Assembly: GCA_963796955.1 (NCBI GenBank)
Contig: CAWCNJ010000003.1
Coordinates: forward strand, 76,037 to 140,036
Direction of reading: 5' to 3'
Length of the DNA: 64,000 nt
From: Endomicrobiales bacterium
GTDB lineage: Bacteria > Elusimicrobiota > Endomicrobiia > Endomicrobiales > JALOBY01
Shown here: positions 43,731 to 53,106 of the stretch, in pieces
Layout: every line of letters starts with the position of its first letter
Numbering within the stretch: position 1 is the first letter of the stretch
Made by a program: the position numbers and the translations under genes
The notes under the pieces: generated by a model
Database searches by the model: none
The model's input: only the letters and a program-made list of their open reading frames with translations
Told to the model about the DNA's origin: nothing

Positions 43731-45727
43731 TGAATATTTCATTCCTCGATCCGGTCTATCTGTGGGGGCTGCCCCTTGCGGCGATCCCTTTACTCCTGCA
43801 TCTGCTCTCAAAACGCACTCCCCAAAAACTTCCATTCAGCGATCACCGTTATATCCTGCAGGCGATTGAGCGGGTCAGGACAAGCCTGCGCTTCTATCAT
43901 TATTTGATCCTGCTGCTGCGCACGCTGATCATCGCGCTGATCGTCGGTTATTTTGCCAAGCCTGTATACCAACCCGCGGCGGCGGGCCTGAAAGCCGGCA
44001 GTGAACCGGCGCCCGTGATATTCATCCTGGATACTTCTTATTCGATGGGTGCAAAAGTTAACGGCATAACAAGATTTGATATGTGCAAGAAACTGGCTCA
44101 GGATTCGCTTGCCATCGTGCCTAAGGGCACCAGGGCAGGTGTGATAGCGGTATCGAACCGGCTGGAGGTTGTCAGCGGTGTTCTGACGAACGATACCGAT
44201 ACGCTGGCGCGGCTGATAACGGATATTCAGCTTTCGAACAGACCCACCGACCTTGCGCCGGCATGGACGGCGCTGCGGAAGATGCTGGAGAACTATCACG
44301 GCGCCAGACCGGTAGCCGTCGTGCTTACCGACGGCGCACAGCATGTTTTCAGCGGTCAGCCTCCAGAGGGGTCACTATCGGTCAGGGTGGTTTTGCCGCG
44401 CTTCCCATCACTGCCTAACCGCTGGCTTACGGAACCATCCGTCACGTTCAATGAAGGTCCCGAACAGTGGGAGTGCTCTGCCGCTGCGCAAAGCTCTCAT
44501 TATCCCGTCGATACAACATTTATCGAGCTGCACGCTGACGGCCGGAAGGTCGCCTCCGATATCGGCAAACCAGGTACCGACGGCGTTTTAAAGGCACACA
44601 TGGTCTGGACGGCGAAAACACCGGTATCGCGCGGCACGCTGACCATCCCGCCTGATCCGCTGATCTGCGATAACGAATATTATCTGACAGCCAGAAGGGC
44701 CGTTCCTTTTAAAACGTGGCTTATTGACGGCGATCCGCGTCTCGGTGGTACGGGCAGCAAGACGCTATACCTCAGTAAACTATTCCCGCGCGCTGAAGTG
44801 CTGCGAGAAAGCGATTCCTCTCTGGTGGAATACGGACTGCCTGGTACGGTGATACTGGCTAACGTACGCGAATTCTCCCCGGCGCTCGCCGATCATATCC
44901 GTAGCGGCGGCGGGTGCATCGTGTTCCTTGGTGACCGTTTTGAACCGGGCGCAGAACCGGAATGGTTCCCGGCCGAGGTCGGCAATGAATTGGATTCCCC
45001 GCAAAGCATCACCTGGAAGGATGCCGGCCACCCTATAGCTGCTGAGATCGCCGTTAAAGAATATGTGTGGAAGAATATACACGTCGACAAAGGTTTTGTT
45101 CTTTCCGCGAAACCCGGCGCCCGGGTGCTTGCGGAACTGGGCAACGGACGGCCGTACCTTATCGAGGGAAAATACGGTGCCGGGAAAGTTCTGTTGTGCT
45201 GCTCAGGGCCGGACAGGGATTGGGGAAATATTGTAGCGCATCCCGTATTTGTAACACTACTGCGCGCCGCGGCCAGATATACCGCGGTGGCAGCCGGCCA
45301 GGATGCGGCTGCGGATACTGTTGTCGGCGGCACGTTCCACTGGAAAATGGTGGATGATCCTCGTATCGCGCGGCCCGACGGAAAACTCGTTACGGCGCCG
45401 GTCGCCGAAGGCGCGATAACCTATACGGATATGGACGTGCCCGGTATGTATGCGTTGCTTTCCGGCCGCCGCACGGTCACTACCTGGGCGGTAAATTTGG
45501 ACAACGCTCACGCTGAAAGCGACCTGACCGCCGCCACGCTCAAAACCGTGAGGGCATATTTTAAAGAAATGCCGCTGGCAATGATAGAACCCGGGCAGTG
45601 GCAGAAAAAACTACGGGTAATTATAGCGGGCTCAGATGTATCCCGTCAGTGGTTGTTTGCCGTTCTTCTATTACTGCTGATGGAATTGTTGCTGGTCACA
45701 AAAGGAAAGACCAATGTCCGCCGTTAA
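43730..45727 (+). CDS. BatA-N (double-TM N-terminal domain) + VWA-like large membrane protein
   Basis: The N-terminus is MNISFLDPVYLWGLPLAAIPLLLHLL, the MIDAS-like motif is VIFILDTSYSMGA, and there is a C-terminal TM helix. The start has a TGATG overlap with DUF58. Confidence 0.7.
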   Translation: MNISFLDPVYLWGLPLAAIPLLLHLLSKRTPQKLPFSDHRYILQAIERVRTSLRFYHYLILLLRTLIIALIVGYFAKPVYQPAAAGLKAGSEPAPVIFILDTSYSMGAKVNGITRFDMCKKLAQDSLAIVPKGTRAGVIAVSNRLEVVSGVLTNDTDTLARLITDIQLSNRPTDLAPAWTALRKMLENYHGARPVAVVLTDGAQHVFSGQPPEGSLSVRVVLPRFPSLPNRWLTEPSVTFNEGPEQWECSAAAQSSHYPVDTTFIELHADGRKVASDIGKPGTDGVLKAHMVWTAKTPVSRGTLTIPPDPLICDNEYYLTARRAVPFKTWLIDGDPRLGGTGSKTLYLSKLFPRAEVLRESDSSLVEYGLPGTVILANVREFSPALADHIRSGGGCIVFLGDRFEPGAEPEWFPAEVGNELDSPQSITWKDAGHPIAAEIAVKEYVWKNIHVDKGFVLSAKPGARVLAELGNGRPYLIEGKYGAGKVLLCCSGPDRDWGNIVAHPVFVTLLRAAARYTAVAAGQDAAADTVVGGTFHWKMVDDPRIARPDGKLVTAPVAEGAITYTDMDVPGMYALLSGRRTVTTWAVNLDNAHAESDLTAATLKTVRAYFKEMPLAMIEPGQWQKKLRVIIAGSDVSRQWLFAVLLLLLMELLLVTKGKTNVRR

Positions 45728-46460
45728 ACAATTCTCCTTGATCGTATTGTTGTCTCTGATAGTCTCTGCGCCCCTGTGCGCGAGCCAGATAAACAATTAT
45801 GTTTTCACACAATTAAGGTATAACGGCAACTGGGACCCGTATCCTGAGACCTGGCAGGAGATCATACATTTTCTTACCGCCTCTACCAGCATTATTCCCG
45901 AAAGCGGACGGCGGGTGGTAACACTGGACGACGAAGCTCTTTTCTCGTCGCCTTTCCTGATCGTGCTCGGGACCGGTCAATTCCCCGAGCTGACAGCCTC
46001 TCAGACAATAACGCTGCGCCGCTATCTTTCCAACGGCGGACTGCTGTTCGTGGAAAACTCACTGGGCGTGAAAGGCGGTGCTTTCGACACCGGGTTCAGG
46101 CGGCAGATCGCGAAAGTATTGCCTGAAAAACGCTTAAAGACATTACCGCAGACGCACCCGCTTTTTCGTTCGTATTATTTACTGCGCAAGATCGCCGGCA
46201 GGCGCCTGGCCGATGATCACCTCGAAGGTATCGATATTTCCGGCCGGGCGGCGGTGATCTATTCTCAAAACGACATGATCGGCGCCTGGGCCCGCGATCG
46301 TTCCGGGAACTATGTATGGCCATGCCAGCCCGGCGGGGAAAACCAGCGCTTTGAGGCCCAGAAACTTACGCTGAATGTCATTATGTACAGTGTTACCGGG
46401 ACATACAAAGCCGATGCCATCCATCAGAAATATCTCAGACAAAAGATGGGCATACGATGA
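45714..46460 (+). CDS. DUF4159-family secreted protein
   Basis: LRYNGNWDPYPE...VVTLDDEALFSSPFLIVLGTGQF..TLRRYLSNGGLLFVEN..HPLFRSYY match my memory of the DUF4159 pattern. Confidence 0.6.
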   Translation: MSAVKQFSLIVLLSLIVSAPLCASQINNYVFTQLRYNGNWDPYPETWQEIIHFLTASTSIIPESGRRVVTLDDEALFSSPFLIVLGTGQFPELTASQTITLRRYLSNGGLLFVENSLGVKGGAFDTGFRRQIAKVLPEKRLKTLPQTHPLFRSYYLLRKIAGRRLADDHLEGIDISGRAAVIYSQNDMIGAWARDRSGNYVWPCQPGGENQRFEAQKLTLNVIMYSVTGTYKADAIHQKYLRQKMGIR

Positions 46461-48352
46461 ACTGGCACCTGAGCGCTTCTTTAAACAACCCCTGGTTCAT
46501 ACTTTCTGTCCCGGTCGCGCTTGCGATCATATATATCCTTTTGACCCGAAAGAAAAAATTACCGGTTACCGCCCTGCGGATCACTGCAGTGTTCCTGTTG
46601 CTTGCGGCCATGGCGAAACCGGAATTGACCGGCGCCCTTGAGCGGTCGCGCCCCGCGCTTGCGATATTGGTCGATACGTCAGGCAGTATGCAGCTCACCA
46701 AAAAACTCGACGGCGCCGTGAGCTGTTTGCGAAAACTGATGCCGGACATTCGTTCTTCTTACACTCCCTTTCTGTATACGTTCGCCGGTAACACACAGAA
46801 GGTAAAAAGTCCGGCCGATATGACCCCGTCGGAAGACAAAAATTCCACCGATATCGCCGGCGCCCTGGCGGAAGCTTCCCGGGATAATCCCGGCGCGCTT
46901 TCGGGTGTGCTCCTTCTGTCCGACGGTAATAACACCGCGGGTCCTCTTACGTCGACGGCTCTTCGGCTGCCAAAAGCTCCGCTGATCTGTATTTCACCAT
47001 CAAACGACAAAAGTCTGCTTGACTTGAGCATTATCTCTGTGAACGCTCCGGACATCGCTTTTAAAGGCGCCCCGCTTGAACTGCGCGCGCACTATGGGGC
47101 CTCCGGGGCACGGGGTCGTTCCGTGACAATATCAATTTCTCAAGGGAATGTGCCGCTCGCCAGGCATACGGTCTCTTTTAACGCCGATGCGTGCACAGGT
47201 GAAACGGTTTTCATGATCACACCATCCGTCAGCGGCCGGCAGAAATATACCGTCAGGATAGAGACGGTAAAAAACGAAATTACCACGCTCAATAACTACC
47301 GGGATATTGATATCGATGTGTTGCGCGATAAGATACGGGTTCTCTATATTTGCGGCCGTCCATCGTATGAATATTCCTTTCTCCGGCATGTGCTTAAAAA
47401 TGATCCGCTGGTAGAGCTGGTTTCCTTCGTGATCCTGAGGAACCCGGATAATGTGGCGCTGGTGGCGGAAAACGACCTGGCATTGATACCCTTCCCCATC
47501 CATCAGCTTTTTACCCGGGACCTGCCGTCTTTCGACGTGGTGATCTTTGAGAACTTCACCTATCAGCGTTACGGTTTTATGCCGCAGTACCTGCAAAATC
47601 TCGCGGATTTCGTACGAATAAAGGGCGGCGGTTTTATTATGACGGGCGGTGAGAATTCATTTACCGCCGGCGGCTGGAAAGGCACAGCTATCGACGGTAT
47701 TTTGCCGGCGATGGACAGTCCTGAGCACGGCGGCTGGCAGCCCGGGGCTTTCCGCGCGCGCCCGACCGCGGGTGGGCATTTCATTATGCAGCTTTCAAAG
47801 GAGCCGCAGACGGCCGCGGCGCTGTGGCGCCAGATGCCGGAGCTTGACGGCTGCACCAGGCTTGAAGCGCGCAAAGGTGCGCACGTGCTGTTCACCGACG
47901 CGAGAGGCACAACACCGGAGCTTGCCGTGTGGGACTGCGGAAAAGGGCGCGTGGCGGCGCTTGGCGTGAACACGACCTGGCGCTGGGCCCTGCAAATGCC
48001 GACGGCCGACGCCTATACGAATTTTTGGCGGAACATGCTGCGCTGGCTCGCAAAGGCTGAAGCCGAAAATGACCCCGGCACGCGTACGGCTAAACCTGCC
48101 GTTCAGCCTTCACCCGCCGCAACGGAAGAAATTGAACTGGCGGTCAATGAGACAGCGCTCAGACGCATGGCGCAGGAAACGAACGGTGGCTATTTCAACA
48201 GCGAAAATGTTACTATATTAGACATACAGCGGCTGACAAAACCCGTTGCCGCAACAGCGAACGAAGAGCACAGAAGCTTGTGGGATACGCCATGGCTTTT
48301 GCTGGCGGCCTGCGGATCGCTTTTAGCCGAATGGTATTTAAGGAAAAGATAA
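46457..48352 (+). CDS. Membrane protein with a VWA-like domain and a class-I glutamine-amidotransferase-like (DUF1355-type) domain
   Basis: It has N-terminal TM helices, LAILVDTSGSMQL, IRVLYICGRPSYEYSFLRHVL..FDVVIFENF..GGGFIMTGGENSF and a C-terminal TM helix. Confidence 0.6.
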   Translation: MNWHLSASLNNPWFILSVPVALAIIYILLTRKKKLPVTALRITAVFLLLAAMAKPELTGALERSRPALAILVDTSGSMQLTKKLDGAVSCLRKLMPDIRSSYTPFLYTFAGNTQKVKSPADMTPSEDKNSTDIAGALAEASRDNPGALSGVLLLSDGNNTAGPLTSTALRLPKAPLICISPSNDKSLLDLSIISVNAPDIAFKGAPLELRAHYGASGARGRSVTISISQGNVPLARHTVSFNADACTGETVFMITPSVSGRQKYTVRIETVKNEITTLNNYRDIDIDVLRDKIRVLYICGRPSYEYSFLRHVLKNDPLVELVSFVILRNPDNVALVAENDLALIPFPIHQLFTRDLPSFDVVIFENFTYQRYGFMPQYLQNLADFVRIKGGGFIMTGGENSFTAGGWKGTAIDGILPAMDSPEHGGWQPGAFRARPTAGGHFIMQLSKEPQTAAALWRQMPELDGCTRLEARKGAHVLFTDARGTTPELAVWDCGKGRVAALGVNTTWRWALQMPTADAYTNFWRNMLRWLAKAEAENDPGTRTAKPAVQPSPAATEEIELAVNETALRRMAQETNGGYFNSENVTILDIQRLTKPVAATANEEHRSLWDTPWLLLAACGSLLAEWYLRKR

Positions 48353-48385
48353 GAACTAAGCAGCTCAAGGAATGGAGGAGCCTCT

Positions 48386-48943
48386 ATGGTGTACAGAACC
48401 GACGGAGAACTCGAACAGGGATTGTTCAGCACGCAGGATGAGGATCTTGTCAAAGAGTATAAAAAAGCGCAAAGACGCAAGGACCACCGGATCATGCTCT
48501 CTGAAATTTCCGGTATTACGAACGATATGCTGCTGGATCGATTCCTCCAAATGGAGATACGGCCAGAAACACTGACCTCCATTTCCCTGGTCCCCCTGAT
48601 AGAGGTCGGCTGGGCTGACGGAAAACTGGATGATCTTGAGCGGGAAGCTATCCTGAAAGCCGTCGAGAAGTTCGGGTGGAGAAAAACCAGCATAGATTAT
48701 CTATTGTTGGCACGCTGGCTATGCAAAAGGCCCGGCGCGACGCTCTTCGAACTGTGGAAAGCCTACACGGCCAGCCTCTGTAAGAGCCTGTCAACGTCAG
48801 AGGTTGAATCCCTTCGCTATGAGATACTCGGACACGCCATCGCGATCGCGAACGCGAGCGGCGGTATCATGGGTATCGGCAAAATTTGCGCCGCGGAAAA
48901 AGCCGTGTTAAAAGAGATCGAAAAGGCTTTTACAATAAAATAA
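48386..48943 (+). CDS. TerB-like (tellurite-resistance-fold) domain protein
   Basis: LIEVGWADGKLDDLEREAILKAV and ...IANASGGIMGIGKICAAEKAVLKEIEKAF resemble TerB/DjlA-N-type helical repeats. The assignment is tentative. Confidence 0.4.
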   Translation: MVYRTDGELEQGLFSTQDEDLVKEYKKAQRRKDHRIMLSEISGITNDMLLDRFLQMEIRPETLTSISLVPLIEVGWADGKLDDLEREAILKAVEKFGWRKTSIDYLLLARWLCKRPGATLFELWKAYTASLCKSLSTSEVESLRYEILGHAIAIANASGGIMGIGKICAAEKAVLKEIEKAFTIK

Positions 48944-48951
48944 ATGATCCC

Positions 48952-50968
48952 ATGATAAGCGTCTGGGTTTTCCTGATCGCCTGCGCAGGATATGTTTTTT
49001 CGATGGCTCCCGGTATTGTCGTGGGCGACTCGGGTGAGTTTTGCGCCGCTGCCGCCACGCTTTCCCTGCCGCACAGCCCGGGTTATCCTCTGTATGTTCT
49101 GCTGGGTAAGGTCCTGTCCATACTGATGCCGTTTGCGACCGTAGCCTACCGCGTGAACCTGTTAAGCGCGCTGTCAGCCGCTGTCGCGGTGACGGCGCTG
49201 TACTACGTATTTCTCAAATTGCTTGATGAGTGCGACGGAAAAGAAATGATAGCGGCCTCCGCGGCCTTGATAGCCGGCGCGAGCGCCGCTTTCGTCTCAA
49301 GCGCCGCGCAGGCTGAGGTCTTTACCCTTAACAGTTTATTCCTTGTATTGATCCTCTATGCCTTGCTGTATGGTAAAACAGTGCTTGCAGGATTCCTGTT
49401 CGGGCTTGGCCTTGGTAACCACCAGACCCTCCTGTTCGTGCTGCCGTTCGCTACGGGAGAGCTGTACCGAACAAAGAAGTTCACCGTGCGGGAGATAACC
49501 GCATTTTCAGGCGCCGCGGCAATGGGTATTTCCATCTACCTCGTCTTACTGCTGCGCGCGCAGGCGCACCCTCCGTTGAACTGGGGAGATCCGGAAAATC
49601 TGCATAATCTGTGGCGGGTCATTTCACGGGCGGATTACGGCAGTCTCTCATTAACGGTGGGTGAAAAGATCCCGTTCACGTTTCCGTTCATGCTCAGACA
49701 ACTGCACCGCTATCTTGATTTCTTTCTGCAGCAATTCACTGTTTTTGGCGCCATTCTTGGCGCCGCGGGCTGGTGGTGGGCCCTCAGAAAAGGATTGCCG
49801 AGCGCGAAAGAGTTGTTCATGACCTGGTTGCTGATAGGGCCGGGTTTTCTGTTGTTCGCGAACCTGCCCTTTAACGGCGAATCGAACGGGATACTGGAGC
49901 GTTTTTATATTTTGCCGAACCTGTTCTTCGTCTTCGGGGTACTATACGGTATCGCATTGTTGCGCAGGATCCCGGTGCAAAAGACAGGGTTGGCCGCAAT
50001 GGTCCTGTGCGCCTCTCTTTTCCTTTTCTCGTCGAGAACATTCGCGGCGCCCTTCAGGTGGAACCTGGTCTGTCATGATTATGGCCGCAATATCCTTCGT
50101 TCCCTGCCGTACGGCAGTATCCTTTTCATCGATGGCGGCGACGATACTTTTTACAGCCTCGCGTATTTCACGTTCGCCCGCCGTCTGAGACCCGATATAG
50201 AGGTCCACGACCGGGGGGCTGGTTTTCAGGAACATCTACGGCGCCGATTTCCGGCAACTCACAAAAAGTGAAAAAGAGGATCGCCGCCAGCAGGTCGAAA
50301 GGAATTTTCTGGGTGTCAGACCGGTCTATTTCTCCACTTTTAATCCGGTCATACTGCCGGGGGTCGCCATGGCATTGCGCGGGGTGTTGTATGCCCCGTC
50401 GCTGCAGCCGTCAACCGACCCTTGGCCCTGCTACAACCTGCGCGGGGTGTATGGCATGGATCACCCGGATTATAGAACGCGGGCTTTGATACCCGTTTAC
50501 ACGTTCTTTGAAGCCAGGCGCAGGCCGTCCCTCGCCGGTGCAGCCGTATCCGTTATGATGGATAAATGGCCTGAAGTCCTGTGGGTCGCATTGAACGCGC
50601 GCGTATTCATAAATGAAACAGCCTATAACGAGATCAACGCCGGCAGCACAGCTTCCGGCAGGGAACTGCTGTGCACGGCCGTCGCATTGTTCCCGGATAA
50701 CGCATACGCGTTGTCAACGCTCGGTGTTTTGTCGGAAAAACAGAATGATCTGGCAAGCGCCGAGCAGTACAACCGGCGTGCCATTTTAGCTGACGCCAGC
50801 TTTGCCGATGCCTACTATAATCTGATGGTGCTGGCCTGGAAAAAGCAGGATTGGGGCGCGGCGGCAAAAGCCCTTGAGCAGCTGCAGGCTCACGCGCCGA
50901 ACGACCCGCGTCCTCAACGCTATCTGCCTCAGATCATGGCAAAATGGCGCGCGGGCCGGAAAACCTGA
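48952..50968 (+). pseudogene. DUF2723 (GT-C-like, TMEM260/PMT-like) membrane glycosyltransferase + C-terminal TPR, with a +1 frameshift in a G6 run
   Basis: MAPGIVVGDSGEFCAAAATLSLPHSPGYPLY is followed by ~10 TM helices. The frame ends at 50271, but ..HDRG|LVFRNIYGADFRQLTKSEKEDRRQQVERNFLGVRPVYFS.. continues in the next frame into the TPR region (ends 50968). Removing one G from GGGGGG (50213-18) restores the frame. Confidence 0.7.
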
Positions 50969-53106
50969 TGATCGTATTTATCGCTCAATTTCTTCTCTAT
51001 CTGACGACGCTTTTTCCTTTCACGGCCCAATACCGCGACAGCGGCGAAATGGTCACCGCCGCGGCTTCTCTCGGCATTGCTCATCCTCCGGGATATCCCC
51101 TATACACATTGTTGACAAATATCTTCGTAGTGCTTGTGCCGTTCGCGACCATACCCTACCGGCTGAATGTGCTGTCGGCTCTCGGCTCTGCCTGTGCCGT
51201 CTGGCTGTTGTACCGGTTGTTCATCCTTTTTGCGCATAAGAACGAGCTTCCTGTTTCCGGCAGCCTCAAACTCGCCGCCGGCCTTTCCGCGATGGTGTAC
51301 GGCACTTCATACCTGCAATGGTATCTGGCGCTCGTCTCAGAAATGTACACGCTTAACACATTGCTGACACTCGTTGTGCTGGGCGGTTTGTTCTTCACGT
51401 TCAAAAAAACTTCCATTGAAATACGTGCCCTGGTTTTACTGGCTTTTATAACAGGCATGGGTCTTGGCGTCAGGATGGACCTGCTGCTGATAACACCCGC
51501 CGCGTTATGGCTGCTCTGGGCAAGAAGGGGAGAACTTAACGCGCGGGTTGTAGCAGTCGCCATCGCTTCATTTTTTTTCGGTTTTTCCGTCTTTGCCTAT
51601 TTGTATATACGATCAAATACGTTGCCGATGCTGGACTGGAACCATCCGGCGACGTTCGAGAGGCTGTGGGGCTCTATCGCGCGTAAAACGCACGGCGGCA
51701 CGCTTGACCTGATATCGGAAAGTTATGCGGCCGGCGATAACTTCCTGGTTGGCATGAAGTTTTATTTCACGCATCTGCTGACGGCCTTCAGCGTTCTCGG
51801 CTCACCGCTTGCATTATTCGGGTTGTATCGTTTGTGGAAAACAGAACGGAGCTATGCCCAGGCGACAATACTGGCCTGGCTGGTGACCTGTCCGTTGTCC
51901 ATTTATATAAGCAATATTCCGCCGAATACCCACGCCTTCGCGATCCTTGAAGCCCATTTTCTTTTACCGAACACGGTGGTCGCGATCTGGTTTATGTATG
52001 GGATAGTCATTGTTTACCGCCGATGTGGGAAGGTTGCGGCCGGAGTGACCGGTGTCTGTCTGGTGGCGCTTAACCTGGTTTGCAACCTGCCGGATAATAA
52101 CTACCGTTACAATTTCTTCGATCACGATTTCGTCCATAATATTTTACGCTCGACACCGGATAACGGTACGGTGGTCATGAAAAAGGATGTGCAGGTCTTT
52201 TCATTATGGGCCGCACAGGCCGCCATCAGGCTGCGCCGGTCACCGGCCATAGTAGCGCAGGGCCTGTCCGCTTCCCCCTGGTATCAGGGGCCCCTTAATA
52301 AACTCTATCCCGATGTTTTTTCCGGCCCGCTCAGGTCCCCGGAAGACTGGCAGATATTTTACAAGGCAAATAGATCTCGCGGACCGGTGTATTTTTCCGG
52401 CGACGCTGAGTATCAGCCGTCACCGGTGCTTCAGATAGAACCGGACGGACTGTTGTACCGTCTCAATGATGGAAAACCCGATCCGGCGAGAGGCCTGCTG
52501 TTGTTATCGGAAATATACTCGCTGCGCGGTGCCTATGATTACAACGGTCACCACGATTTTTTCACATCGGACTTAGTCGGTGATTACGCACACGGTTTTT
52601 TCGAGCTGGGTAACCTGCTGGTGGAGCACGGCGCATTCGACCAGGCGCGCTCATTTCTATCCCGCGGATTTGCCATGCAGCCGTTACAACCGCAGGCCGC
52701 CACCATGTACGCCTATTCCTATTTCGTTCAGGGCAATTACCAGTCAGCGTACGATTTTTATGTGAAAGCCGCAGACCAATACCGCGATTATCTGGCCTTA
52801 GCCATACGGTATAGATCATTACCGCCGGTCGTCAATGGGATTCGAAAAGACTACGGCGAGGCCTATCTCTCCGCCGGGGTAAGTCTTGAAAAATTGAATC
52901 GTCTTGACGAAAGCCTCACGCTGTACTCGCAAGCCCTTGTTGCCGACCCCGCCCACGCGAAAGCTTATTTTAACCGGGGTGTCGCTTGATGGCGTAAAGG
53001 GGAATGGGCTTCCGTCGTGCGTGAATTACAAGAGGCCCTGCGTCTGGATCCGGAGTATCGCGAGGCGGCTTACTATCTGCAGATCGCACGACAAAAACTT
53101 AAATGA
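50968..53106 (+). pseudogene. Second DUF2723 + TPR paralog with an in-frame TGA 39 codons before the apparent natural stop
   Basis: QYRDSGEMVTAAASLGIAHPPGYPLY is followed by a polytopic region and then TPRs. The frame reads ..AKAYFNRGVA-TGA(52987-89)-WRKGEWASVVRELQEALRLDPEYREAAYYLQIARQKLK-TGA(53104-06). The distal stop forms an ATGA overlap with the next gene. Confidence 0.65.

Noticed and set aside
52987-52989. The in-frame TGA could indicate genome-wide UGA recoding (Trp/Gly).
   Set aside because: TGA clearly functions as a stop at many gene ends here, often within ATGA start-stop overlaps (8524, 17191, 33801, 38923, 42851, 46457, 53103). No other gene needs UGA read-through.
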